Origin: an uncultured Chloroflexia bacterium
GTDB taxonomy: Bacteria; Chloroflexota; Limnocylindria; Limnocylindrales; CSP1-4
Length of the DNA: 64,000 nt
NCBI GenBank assembly: GCA_963833225.1
Contig: CAWHXD010000019.1
Location: 800,001-864,000, forward strand
Direction of reading: 5' to 3'
Positions 43,853 to 53,606 of this stretch are shown here, piece by piece. Within the stretch, counting starts at the first letter, position 1, and each line of letters starts with the position of its first letter. Under the pieces are notes generated by a model. It worked only from the letters and a program-made list of their open reading frames with translations. It was not told where the DNA came from and did not search any database. The translations under genes were made by a program, and so were the position numbers.

Positions 43853-44879
43853 CGGGATCCGGCGCCCCGACGACGCCGTCCGGACCCTGGAGTCAGAGCC
43901 ACATCGCCGGCACAACGCACTGACCGACGAATGGGTGCTCGTGTCGGCCGGCCGAACGAGGCGGCCGTGGCTGGGTGCCGAGGAGCCGGAGCCCCCTGAG
44001 CGCCGGCCGGCCTACGACCAGGACTGCTACCTGTGCCCGGGCAACACGCGCGTCAACGGGGCAGCGAACCCCGCCTATGACGCCACCTTCGTGTTCACCA
44101 ACGACTTCGCGGCGCTCCAGCCCGATACCTCCGACGCACGCGTCGAAGCCGGCCTGTTCCGTGCCGAGGGAACGCGGGGTACGTGCCGGGTCGTCTGCTT
44201 CTCCCCCCGCCACGACCTGACGCTGGCCGGCATGACCGAACCCGAGATCCGCCGGATCGTCGATGTCTGGGCCGATGAGACCATGAAGCTCGGCAGCCGG
44301 TTCCGGTGGGTCCAGGTGTTCGAGAACCACGGCGAGGCCATGGGCGCGTCCAACCCCCATCCTCACGGCCAGATCTGGGCGGGGGACGCGCTCCCGGTTG
44401 AGGCGGCGAAGGAGGACGGCGCCCAGCGCCGCCATCACGGGGAGACGGGCCGAAGGTTGCTGGCGGACTACGCTCAGGCCGAGCGCGGCGGGCCGCGCGC
44501 GATCAATGAGACCCCGGGCTGGCTCGTCGTGGTCCCGTTCTGGGCCTCCTGGCCGTTCGAGACCATGCTCATCCCGACCGGGCCCGCCGCGCGGCTCACC
44601 GACCTCGACGACGGCCAGCGGGACGGTCTTGCGGCTGCCCTCCGCGATCTCACCCGGCGCTACGACGCCCTGTTCGGGCGTCGGTTCCCGTACTCGATGG
44701 GCTGGCATCAGGCCCCGTTCGACGGTGCGGGGATCGACCACTGGCAGGTCCACGCGCACTTCTACCCGCCGCTGCTGCGTGCCACCGTGCGCAAGTTCAT
44801 GGTCGGCTACGAGCTGCTGGCCGAGCCGCAGCGTGACATCACGGCTGAGGAGGCCGCCGAGCGGCTGCTGGCGATGTAG
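43842..44879 (+). CDS. galT: Galactose-1-phosphate uridylyltransferase
   Basis: CYLCPGN, FTNDF, MGASNPHPHGQIW, RKFMVGYE. Confidence 0.95.
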   Translation: MRTDGIRRPDDAVRTLESEPHRRHNALTDEWVLVSAGRTRRPWLGAEEPEPPERRPAYDQDCYLCPGNTRVNGAANPAYDATFVFTNDFAALQPDTSDARVEAGLFRAEGTRGTCRVVCFSPRHDLTLAGMTEPEIRRIVDVWADETMKLGSRFRWVQVFENHGEAMGASNPHPHGQIWAGDALPVEAAKEDGAQRRHHGETGRRLLADYAQAERGGPRAINETPGWLVVVPFWASWPFETMLIPTGPAARLTDLDDGQRDGLAAALRDLTRRYDALFGRRFPYSMGWHQAPFDGAGIDHWQVHAHFYPPLLRATVRKFMVGYELLAEPQRDITAEEAAERLLAM

Positions 44880-44984
44880 ACCAGCCACGCATCGCGCTGG
44901 TGGACCGCGGGAGCGTCGCGGGCCCCGAGCCTGAGGCCGCCGCCGTCGGTACGATGGGCTCGAGCGGGGGCACGGAGGATGGCG

Positions 44985-46403
44985 ATGCGCATGTGGGGTG
45001 GCCGCTTCGATGACGAGCCGGACGCGCGAATGGCGGACTTCACGCGCTCGATCGAGATCAATTCCGCGCTCGCGCTGGACGACATCGCCGGCTCCATCGC
45101 TCACGTTCGCGGGCTCGGCCGCGCAGGGCTCCTGACCGAGGACGAGGTGCAGACGCTGGAGCGCGGGCTCGTCTCGCTGCGGGACGACGTCGTCGCCGGC
45201 AACGTCGCCTGGGATCCGGCTCTCGAAGACGTGCACATGAACCTCGAGACGATGCTCACCGAGCGAGTGGGCACCGTGGGCGGGAAGCTGCACACGGGCC
45301 GGTCGCGCAACGACCAGGTCGCCACGGATCTCCGCCTCTGGACGCGCCGGGCCTGCGATCGGCTCGACACCGGGATCGTCGGCCTGGAGCGCGCGCTGGT
45401 CGACCTCGCCGAGCGCGAGGGGGACGCCGTCCTGCCCGGCTCCACCCACGTGCAGCCCGCCCAGCCCGTCCTGCTCGCCCACCACCTGCTCGCGTACGTC
45501 GAGATGCTGGAGCGCGATCGCGGACGGATCGCGGATGCCCGCGCCCGGCTCAACGTCTCGCCGCTGGGCGCCGGGGCGCTCGCCGGAGCCGGCTACCCGC
45601 TCGATCGGGAGACCACGGCTGCCGAGCTGGGCTTCGACGGTGTGACCGCCAACTCGCTCGATGCCGTCTCGGACCGGGACTTCGTGGTCGAGGTGCTGGC
45701 GGCCGCCGCGCTGGCCATGGTCCATCTGAGCAGGCTGGCGGAGGAGATCACCTGGTGGTCCAACCCGCGATTCGGATTCGTCCGGGTCGCCGACGCATTC
45801 TCGACGGGTTCGTCCATGATGCCCAACAAGAAGAACCCGGACCCGGCCGAGCTCGTGCGGGGCCGGGCGGCCGCGACCATCGGCGCCCTGGCCGGGATGC
45901 TGGCGCTGCTCAAGGGGTTGCCGCTCGCCTACCAGCGCGACCTCCAGGAGGACAAGCCACCGCTGTTCGCCGCGGTGTCCACGCTGGATGGGTCGCTCGC
46001 GGTGATGGCCGGCCTGGTCGAGACGCTGGCGATCGATCGGGCGCGGATGCAGGCGGCTGCCGAGGAGGGATACACGACTGCCACCGCCCTCGCCGATACG
46101 CTGGTGCGGCTCGGCGTGCCGTTCCGGGCCGCCCACCACATCGTCGGCGGGCTCGTCGGGGGCGCGGAGGCCGAGGGCATTGCCACGCTTGCCGGACTGC
46201 CCGACGAGGCGTTCCGCTCGGCTCTCGACGGCAGCGACGATCCCACGGCCCGGGATCTCGCTCGCCGCCGGGGAATCGTCGCGCAGCTGCGGGGCGCCGC
46301 GACGCTGGAGGGGGCGCTCGCGGCGGCGGATGTCACGGGTGGGACGGCTCCCTCACGCGTGGCGGCGGCGCTGGGCGCTGCGAAGGAGCGCCTCGGCTCC
46401 TGA
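44985..46403 (+). CDS. argH: Argininosuccinate lyase
   Basis: MWGGRF, EDVH, GRSRNDQ, TGSSMMPNKKNPD, DLQEDK. Confidence 0.96.
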   Translation: MRMWGGRFDDEPDARMADFTRSIEINSALALDDIAGSIAHVRGLGRAGLLTEDEVQTLERGLVSLRDDVVAGNVAWDPALEDVHMNLETMLTERVGTVGGKLHTGRSRNDQVATDLRLWTRRACDRLDTGIVGLERALVDLAEREGDAVLPGSTHVQPAQPVLLAHHLLAYVEMLERDRGRIADARARLNVSPLGAGALAGAGYPLDRETTAAELGFDGVTANSLDAVSDRDFVVEVLAAAALAMVHLSRLAEEITWWSNPRFGFVRVADAFSTGSSMMPNKKNPDPAELVRGRAAATIGALAGMLALLKGLPLAYQRDLQEDKPPLFAAVSTLDGSLAVMAGLVETLAIDRARMQAAAEEGYTTATALADTLVRLGVPFRAAHHIVGGLVGGAEAEGIATLAGLPDEAFRSALDGSDDPTARDLARRRGIVAQLRGAATLEGALAAADVTGGTAPSRVAAALGAAKERLGS

Positions 46404-46439
46404 TCGGGGCGCCGGCGAGGCGACCGGCGGCGCGGGGGA

Positions 46440-47339
46440 TCAGATCTCCAGCGTGGTCGCGATCGCCAGGTCGCGGACCAGGTGCGGATCGCGAGCCCAC
46501 GCCCGGGCCAGGATCACGTGCACCTCTGCCGACGCGCGTCCGTGCGGCAGCTCGATCGTGGGCAGGGCGACGTCCGGCACCGTGGCGGTGAACTCGAGCG
46601 CCTGGTCCGTCGTGAGCTCCATGGCCGGCGCGACGACCGCCGACCATGGAACCAGCGTCTCGTCGAGCCCGCCCGAGACGGTGCACTCCACCGCGACCCG
46701 CAGCTCCACGCGGATCTCCTGGAGCCGCATCGGCGAGCCGGGACGGAGCGTGAGGCGGGCACGGAACGGCTGACCCGGCACCAGCGGGACGGGCTCCAGC
46801 CAGATCGACCCGCTGACGTCGCCGGCCTGGGCATCGGCCGCCTCGTACAACGCGAACTCGCCAACGTGGACCACGCCCGCGCGGAGCAGCGCGGTGGGCT
46901 GGAGGATGCGAACCGGGACCTCGACCGAGGCGTCCCTGCCCCCCGCGATGTCCAGCTTCGCCTCGACCGTCCAGTCCACGCCCGCCACCTTCGCCTCGAG
47001 CGTCGCTGGTCCGAGCCCGGGCACCGGGAGCTGGAACGCGAAGGACAGCGTCTCACCTGCCGTCAGCGTCACGGGCGACGCGAGCATGACGGGGACGGAC
47101 GGCAGGTCCTCGCGGCCGGTGCGGGTCTCGGTCCGGGCATGCCCGTCGGCGTCGGTCGTGGTGACCTCGTACCGCCAGTGCTCCCTGCCCCGGAGCGTGA
47201 CCACCAGGCCCCGGGCCTCGACGCCGCGTTGCGCCGTGACCGTGACCCGACCGCCCACCAGTCGCCCCGGCAACAGCCGATCACGATCCAGCTCGAGGCG
47301 CCAGGCGACCCCTCCGTCGATGTGCTCCCACGTCGTCAT
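46440..47339 (-). CDS. SpoOM/arrestin-like tandem beta-sandwich protein
   Basis: PG..V.GRV.V, RGL.V.L.G.E, F.FQLP...P.T, W.VEA.LDI; a second similar half follows. Confidence 0.6.
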   Translation of the reverse strand: MTTWEHIDGGVAWRLELDRDRLLPGRLVGGRVTVTAQRGVEARGLVVTLRGREHWRYEVTTTDADGHARTETRTGREDLPSVPVMLASPVTLTAGETLSFAFQLPVPGLGPATLEAKVAGVDWTVEAKLDIAGGRDASVEVPVRILQPTALLRAGVVHVGEFALYEAADAQAGDVSGSIWLEPVPLVPGQPFRARLTLRPGSPMRLQEIRVELRVAVECTVSGGLDETLVPWSAVVAPAMELTTDQALEFTATVPDVALPTIELPHGRASAEVHVILARAWARDPHLVRDLAIATTLEI

Positions 47340-47373
47340 CGGACCAAGGGTATCGGTAGTGCCCGCCGGGCAC

Positions 47374-47391
47374 ATGGGTTGAACGACCGAT
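47374..47391 (+). promoter_or_regulatory. LuxR-type 18-bp palindrome ATGGGT-N6-ACCGAT
   Basis: Near-identical to the site at 51344; 21 bp upstream of a -10-like GACCGT for the DUF4242 operon. Confidence 0.65.
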
Positions 47392-47460
47392 GACGGGATC
47401 GGGCCGCGCTGCGACCGTGTCGGCACGGCGCCGTCGCGGCGCCCCCAAGGGAGGTGCCAG

Positions 47461-47709
47461 ATGGCGCAGTTCATGGACGTCCACGAGGGCTTCTTCGGCG
47501 TCACCGCCGAGCAGCTGCGGGAGGCCCACGACCGGGATCTCGCGATCGAGAGGGACGAGGGCGTGCACTTCGAGCGTGCCTGGCTGGACCCTGAGGCAGG
47601 CAAGGTGTTCTGCCTGGCCACGGGTCCGTCGAAGGAGGCCGTGATGCGGATCCACGAGCGGGCCGGCCATCCGACGCCCGATGTCTACGAGCTGACGGTG
47701 GAGGTCTGA
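47461..47709 (+). CDS. DUF4242 / SCO4226-family nickel-binding protein
   Basis: FMDVH, AH..DL, GV.F...W.D...GKVFCL..GP..EAV...H..AGH. Confidence 0.9.
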   Translation: MAQFMDVHEGFFGVTAEQLREAHDRDLAIERDEGVHFERAWLDPEAGKVFCLATGPSKEAVMRIHERAGHPTPDVYELTVEV

Positions 47710-47710
47710 G

Positions 47711-48259
47711 ATGAAGGCCACGATCCAGCGTCCCGCCCGGACGCTCCTGGTCGCCATCGCGGCCACCCTGGGCCTCGTGCTCGCCGTGGGCGGCACGGTG
47801 CTCGGCTCGGAGAACGGGAAGATCGAGGCCGCCCGCCAGGCGACCGCGCGCTATCACGACCTCGACAAGGCCGAGGCCGATGGCTTCGCCAGGTTCTACA
47901 TGTGCACGGACGAGGCCGGGGTCGGAGCGATGGGCCAGCACTTCGTCAACGGCGACCGGGTCGGCAACCCGGCGCTCGACGAGACCAACCCTGAGGTCCT
48001 CGTGTATGCCCCGAAGCCCGGCGGCGGCTACCGCCTCGTGGGCGTCGAGTACGTCGTCATCGCGGCGGACTGGGACGCGCTCCACGCGTCGCCGCCCGTG
48101 CTGTACGGGCGCACCCTCAAGCGGATCCCGGCCGGCAACCGGTACGGCCTGCCGGACTTCTACGAGCTCCACGCGTGGATCTGGCGCCCCAACCCGCGCG
48201 GCATGTTCGACGACTGGAACTCCAGCGTGAGCTGCCTGGGCAACGGCGACCCCGCCTGA
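47711..48259 (+). CDS. Secreted hypothetical protein (MGxH...PExLxY...GVEY...LHxW family)
   Basis: Signal peptide; ATARYHD..KAEADGF, GAMGQHFVN, PEVLVY, LVGVEY, YELHAWIW..NP.G.F; two Cys. Confidence 0.8.
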   Translation: MKATIQRPARTLLVAIAATLGLVLAVGGTVLGSENGKIEAARQATARYHDLDKAEADGFARFYMCTDEAGVGAMGQHFVNGDRVGNPALDETNPEVLVYAPKPGGGYRLVGVEYVVIAADWDALHASPPVLYGRTLKRIPAGNRYGLPDFYELHAWIWRPNPRGMFDDWNSSVSCLGNGDPA

Positions 48260-48373
48260 CGCTCCTCCATGCCCGGCCCCGGCTACCGACAACCTGCGGC
48301 GGCCGGGGCCGGTTCGCGCCCTGCGAGCGTGCTCGTGCCCGGGTCGTGCCCGTGCCGGCGGGCGTGGGTGCGG

Positions 48374-51310
48374 TCAGGTGCGGGTGGGCAGACGATCGCC
48401 GGCGATCGCCGGTCGCGCCGGCGCCGGGGCACGGTCGCCGGCCGCGGGCGCGGCGATGGTCGCGGCCCAGGCTGCGATCTCCGCTCGCCGGATTGCGCCC
48501 AGCTTGGCCAGGATGTGCTCGACGTGCGCGCTCACGGTCTTGGGCGACAGCGCCAGCTCGGTCGCGATCGCCGGGTTGGTCATGCCGTCGGCGATCAGCC
48601 GCGCGACCTCGAACTCCCGGGTCGTCAACGGCCGCCACGGCTCCTCGGTCACGCCCCGGCGACGCGCGATGGCGGCGAGCTCGCCGGCCCGAGCGAGGAT
48701 CGGTTCGCTGCGCAGTCGCTCGCCCGTCACCCGGACCTTCTCGAGCACGGGCAGCGCCTCGGCATGCCGGTTGCCCCGGATGAGGCAGGCCGCCAGGTCG
48801 AGCCGGGCCCAGGTGGCCTCCCAGGTCCGGTCGCGGCCATCCCAGCGCGCGATCGCCTGCTGGAGGCTGGAACGCGCCGAGACGGTGGATCCGGCCGCCA
48901 GCCGGACCAGGCCGTCCGCGTGCTCGAGCGCCGTCGCGGCGCGATCCCAGCCGGCGAGGTGGTCGCGCACGCGTGCCAGCCAGGTCTCGGCCTCGTCCGG
49001 CCGACGCGCCTCGAGGTACGCGCGGACGCCGGTCACGGCGTAGGGCACCAGCAGGGCCCGTTCGCCGGCCCCGAGCGCGAGCCTGAGTCCTTCTTCGCAG
49101 TGCTCGATCGCCCTCCCCGGGTCGCCCGCGACGATGGCCGTCTCCGCCAGGCCCCAGAGCGGGGTGAGCTGCAGGTGCGCCTCGGCCATGCGACGACCGG
49201 AGGCCAGCGAGTCGTCGAGCCATCGCCGAGCCTTGTCGATCTCGCCGCGCCCGAGCGCCACCAGGCCGATCACGTCCAGCGCGCCGACGACACCGCGGCG
49301 ACAGCCCACCTCTGCCAGCTCCTGGCGGGCACGGTCGTCGGCCGCATCCCAGTCGCCGGCAGCCCAGTCGAGCATGGCCCTGGTCGTCGCCATCATCTGC
49401 CGGCAGTGCGACTGCTCGATGGCGTCGGCGTACTGGAGACCCTCGGCCAGGGCCAAATCGGCCGTGGTCCGGTCCATGAGCCGGGCGGCGAGGATCGCCA
49501 GGTTGCGATAGCCGGTGACCCCCACCGACTCGTAGCCGGCAGCCCGCGCTTCCCGGGCGGCACGCAGGCCGTCGCGCATGCCGCGCTCCTCGTCGCCCTC
49601 GACGATGGCGATCCGTGCCATCAGGAGATCCGACTCCAGGACCGTCTCACGATCGTCGATGGAACGGGCGAGCTCGCGCGCGGCCAGCGCATCCCGGCGC
49701 GCTGCCGGGAGATCGGATGCGAGGAAGTGGTCGCTCGCCCGCCACGCGACCAGGATGGCCCGCGCCTGCTCGCGCTCCGGGGATGGGGGCTGGGCCTCGA
49801 CCTCGGCGATCGCCTGCTCGACGACCTGCAGCTGGTCGGCAGACGGAGCCCCTCCGCGCCCCAGGAGGATGGACGTGCCCATCAGCGCCATCGCCGCCTC
49901 GATGGGCCGGTCGGCCTCGAGGAACAGCTCGCGTGCCGTGGCGGAGGCTGTGGCGCAGTCCTCGTTCTGCTCGATCGCGCCGGCGGCACTCGCGAACTCG
50001 TCGTACAGCTCGGCCCGCACGCCGGCAGGCAGGCTGGCCGGCATGTTGGCGATCGCGCGCCGGTACAGCTCGTACGACTCGTGGCGGGCCGAGATCCGGC
50101 CGGCCTCGCGCGCGGCCGCCAGCGAGGTCCGGAACGCCTCGTCGCGCAGGCCGGCCCGCTCGTAATGGCGGGACGCGTGGACGATGCTCGACGCCTGGAG
50201 CGTCATCACGAACTCGGCCGCCTGCGCGTGGAACCGCCGCAGCTCGGACGGCGGGACCGAGCCGTACACCGCGTCGCGGAGCAGCTGGTGCCGGAAGTCG
50301 TAGTAGCCGTGGTCGACGTAGTCGAACGGGTAGAGGATCGCGGCATCGACCAGCTCGCCCAGGCTGGGCTCGACCTCCGCCAGGGGCCGACCGACCAGGC
50401 CCGCGATCACGTCCGGCGTGAAGCAGCGCCCGACCACCGATCCCGCGCGCGCCACCAGTCGGGCGTCCGGCGACAGCCTCGACAGGCGGGCCAGGACGGC
50501 GTCGCCGATGGTGTCGGGCACGCGCGCATCCCGCACGCGGCGGCCGTCGAGGCGGTCGATGTCGTCAAGCGCGGCGATCAGCTCCTCGACGTGCAAAGGG
50601 ATGCCGTTCGTCCGCTCGTACACGGCATCGACCACGTCGCTCGGGGCCGGCAGCTCGCCCCCCAGGAGCAGCGTCGTCATCAGGCCGACCTGGTCCCGGG
50701 TCAGCCGCTGCAGCCGCACCTCCTCCGCGTGGCGCTGGTTGAGCAGGCGTGCCCGCCACTCGCGGTGGATGGTGTTCGACGGGAGCTCGTCCGCTCGGTA
50801 GTCGCCCACGAGGAGCAGCGGCCGTGACGACGCGTGGCGGGCCAGCTCGCCGATGACCTCGAGGCTCACCTCGTCGGTCCAGTGGAGGTCGTCGAAGATC
50901 AGGAGCGTTGGCGTGTCGATCGCCTCGAGGATGCGGTCGGCGGTCGAGCGGACGATGAGCCGACGAGCGCCCAGGGCGTCGCCATCGTGCCGGCCGTCGA
51001 TGGCCAGCAGGTCGTCGGACAGGCTGCCGAAGCCGTCGCCGCGCATGCTGGTCGCCAGCTCGCGGATGGACGCCAGCGGCACCTGGAGGTCGTGGGGGGC
51101 GACAGACCCGGCCGAGACCCGCATGCCCGCCGACCTGGCCTTGTGGGCGATGGCCCGGCTGAGCCGCGTCTTGCCCAGCCCCGCCTGCCCGGACAGCAGC
51201 AGCGCCTGGCCGCGGCCGCCGCACGCTGCTTCGATCCGGCGATCGGCGAGTGCCAGCAGGTCGTCACGACCCACCAGGAGGGGGGAGAGGAGGGGGCCCA
51301 CGCGTCCCAT
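48374..51310 (-). CDS. LuxR-family large regulator (AAA/STAND ATPase, helical repeats, LuxR HTH)
   Basis: LVGR, GQAGLGKT, FDDLHW, GIPLHVEE, FRHQL; C-terminal LTTREFEVA...LSPKTVSAHVEHILAKLG. Confidence 0.93.
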   Translation of the reverse strand: MGRVGPLLSPLLVGRDDLLALADRRIEAACGGRGQALLLSGQAGLGKTRLSRAIAHKARSAGMRVSAGSVAPHDLQVPLASIRELATSMRGDGFGSLSDDLLAIDGRHDGDALGARRLIVRSTADRILEAIDTPTLLIFDDLHWTDEVSLEVIGELARHASSRPLLLVGDYRADELPSNTIHREWRARLLNQRHAEEVRLQRLTRDQVGLMTTLLLGGELPAPSDVVDAVYERTNGIPLHVEELIAALDDIDRLDGRRVRDARVPDTIGDAVLARLSRLSPDARLVARAGSVVGRCFTPDVIAGLVGRPLAEVEPSLGELVDAAILYPFDYVDHGYYDFRHQLLRDAVYGSVPPSELRRFHAQAAEFVMTLQASSIVHASRHYERAGLRDEAFRTSLAAAREAGRISARHESYELYRRAIANMPASLPAGVRAELYDEFASAAGAIEQNEDCATASATARELFLEADRPIEAAMALMGTSILLGRGGAPSADQLQVVEQAIAEVEAQPPSPEREQARAILVAWRASDHFLASDLPAARRDALAARELARSIDDRETVLESDLLMARIAIVEGDEERGMRDGLRAAREARAAGYESVGVTGYRNLAILAARLMDRTTADLALAEGLQYADAIEQSHCRQMMATTRAMLDWAAGDWDAADDRARQELAEVGCRRGVVGALDVIGLVALGRGEIDKARRWLDDSLASGRRMAEAHLQLTPLWGLAETAIVAGDPGRAIEHCEEGLRLALGAGERALLVPYAVTGVRAYLEARRPDEAETWLARVRDHLAGWDRAATALEHADGLVRLAAGSTVSARSSLQQAIARWDGRDRTWEATWARLDLAACLIRGNRHAEALPVLEKVRVTGERLRSEPILARAGELAAIARRRGVTEEPWRPLTTREFEVARLIADGMTNPAIATELALSPKTVSAHVEHILAKLGAIRRAEIAAWAATIAAPAAGDRAPAPARPAIAGDRLPTRT

Positions 51311-51343
51311 GGCGGGAGTGTAGGGGGCTTGTCCAGCCGTCCC

Positions 51344-51361
51344 ATCGGTCGAACAACCGAT
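51344..51361. promoter_or_regulatory. 18-bp palindrome ATCGGT-N6-ACCGAT
   Basis: Perfect 6-bp arms, 21 bp upstream of the TACACT -10 of the LuxR-family gene. Confidence 0.7.
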
Positions 51362-51405
51362 ATCCCCCCGCGCTACGATCGAGTCATCGACCAGGAGGAC
51401 CCCGC

Positions 51406-52508
51406 GTGCTCGCCCTCGACACCATCCGCAGCGCGCCCAAGGCGCTGCTCCATGATCACCTCGACGGCGGGCTTCGTCCCGCCACGATCATCGACCTCGC
51501 CCGCGAGCACGGCTACCAGGATCTGCCGACCCACGACGTGGACGACCTGGCGGCGTGGTTCCGGCGCGGCGCCGACCGCAAGAGCCTGGAGCTGTACCTC
51601 GACACCTTCGCTCACACCCTGGGCGTCATGCAGCACCCCGACGCCATCGCGCGGGTCGCGCCGAGTGCGCCGAGGACCTCGCGGCGGACGGGGTGGTCTA
51701 CGCGGAGGTCCGGTTCGCGCCCGAGCTCTCCACCCTGGCCGGGCTGACGCCGGACGAGGTCGTCCGGGCCGTCCTCGAGGGGTACCGGATCGGGATGGAG
51801 CACGCTGCCCGTGACGGTCACCCGATCGTTGTCCGTGCCCTGCTCACGGCCATGCGCCAGGCGGCCCACTCGATGGAGATCGCCGAGCTCGCGGTCCGCC
51901 ACCGCGACGACGGCGTGGTCGGGTTCGACATCGCCGGTCCGGAGGCCGGCTACCGGCCCACGCGCCACCTCGCCGCGTTCGAGCACGTCCGGCGCGAGAA
52001 CTTCCACGTCACGATCCATGCCGGCGAGTCCTTCGGCCTGCCGTCGATCTGGGAGGCGCTCCAGATCTGCGGCGCGGAGCGGCTGGGCCACGGTCTCCGG
52101 ATCATCGACGACATCACGGTCGCGCCGGACGGGACGGCGCACCTCGGGCGCATTGCCGCGTTCGTGCGCGACACGCGGGTGCCGCTGGAGCTGTGCCCGA
52201 CCTCCAACGTCCACACCGGCGGCGTGGGATCGGTGGCCGAGCATCCCTTCGATCTCCTGCGCCGGCTCCGCTTCCGGGTCACGGTCAACACCGACAACCG
52301 GCTGATGAGCGGCGTCTCCGCCTCGAGCGAGTTCAAGGCGCTCGACGAGGCATTCGGCCTCGACCTGGACGAGATGCAGTGGCTGACGATCAACGCCCTC
52401 AAGTCCGCGTTCATCCCGTTCGATGAGCGCCTGTTCCTGATCAACGAGGTCGTCAAGCCGGCCTATGCCCGGCTGCAGCAGACGGAAATGGAGTGGCCCG
52501 CTGGCTGA
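51406..52508 (+). CDS. add: Adenosine deaminase; frameshift ~51660
   Basis: [42 protein letters not shown]. Confidence 0.92.
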
Positions 52509-52893
52509 GATCGAGCGCATCTTCACGGTCTTCGCGGGCGCGGACGCCGCGTTCGATTTCCTGGCGGACCCGGTCCACCTGCCCGAGTACGTCTCGACCA
52601 TGCGGCTCGAGGACTCGACCGCGGTCGAGGGGGAGCTCGACGTGGACGCGGACCTCGCCGAACGCGCCGGTGCGCCCGAGGCAGGCTTCGTCGCCGATCG
52701 GGCGACGCGGCGGATCGTCTGGGGCCGGCCGGGTGCCGACTACGGCGGATCGATCACGGTAGAAGCCGGGTCGTCGAGCTCATCGAGCGTGACCATCCGG
52801 CTGCGCATGCGGGATGACGCCGACGCCGAAGCGGTGGCCCGCATCGTGGACCAGGCCGTGTCCAGCCTCCGCCGGCTGCTGCTGCCGCGCTAG
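52465..52893 (+). CDS. SRPBCC/polyketide-cyclase-like protein (start uncertain)
   Basis: [24 protein letters not shown]-terminal helix. Confidence 0.7.
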   Translation: MPGCSRRKWSGPLAEIERIFTVFAGADAAFDFLADPVHLPEYVSTMRLEDSTAVEGELDVDADLAERAGAPEAGFVADRATRRIVWGRPGADYGGSITVEAGSSSSSSVTIRLRMRDDADAEAVARIVDQAVSSLRRLLLPR

Positions 52894-52970
52894 GCTCGCG
52901 CGCATCCGCGCCGGACCACCGGCACCATCACCGGCGGCACCCTCACCGGCGGCACGCGCACCGGCGAGGG

Positions 52971-53483
52971 TCATTCGATCGGCGCGAAGATCTCCGTCCG
53001 CCAGGTCGCGGGATCCGGGTCGGTCACGGGATCGGACCAGTAGACCTCCCACAGTGGCCCGGTCGCCCGCAGGCCAAGCTCCCCCAGCCAGCGCGTGAGG
53101 AGCCCGTACGTCTGCTCGAGCCCGTCGTACGGCCCGACATGGACCACCGAGGCGACGCGCCCGCCGGGCAGCCTCCCGGGTCCGACTCGACCGACGTCGG
53201 GGGCAGGGCGCCGCACCGGGAACCCGACCTCGGCACGGATCCGCGGCTCGAAGGCGAGATACCGGGCGAAGGGTGGCCCGGCAAGCTCCACGCCAGCGGT
53301 TTCCATCGCGGCCGCTACCTCGCCGATGGCGTGGCCGATCGCGTCGGGGAACTCGCTCTTCGCCGCGTCGATGGCGACGATGGCAGTCTCGCGCATCGGG
53401 AGGCGGTGGATCTCGGGCTCAGCGTGCGCGCGATCACCCACTGGCCGCGGCTCGTCGATGCCAGGGTGCTGCAGGTCGGTCAT
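52971..53483 (-). CDS. GyrI-like small-molecule-binding protein
   Basis: GPPFARY, LPGGRVA..VHVGPYD.L, EVY.SDP...PDP..WRTEI. Confidence 0.88.
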   Translation of the reverse strand: MTDLQHPGIDEPRPVGDRAHAEPEIHRLPMRETAIVAIDAAKSEFPDAIGHAIGEVAAAMETAGVELAGPPFARYLAFEPRIRAEVGFPVRRPAPDVGRVGPGRLPGGRVASVVHVGPYDGLEQTYGLLTRWLGELGLRATGPLWEVYWSDPVTDPDPATWRTEIFAPIE

Positions 53484-53606
53484 CTCGTCCTCCTGCGGGG
53501 CACGCTGCGCCCTCGACCCGGCGCGCACCAGTAGCCCGCGGCGTATCGACAGCAGGCGGTTCGGCCCAAACGGCACCGACACGCGAACCGGCGCCGGGCG
53601 GGAGCC

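Noticed and set aside
52915-52968. Short CACCGGCGGCAC repeats between convergent genes
   Set aside because: Two to three degenerate GC-rich copies, consistent with slippage; no support for function.
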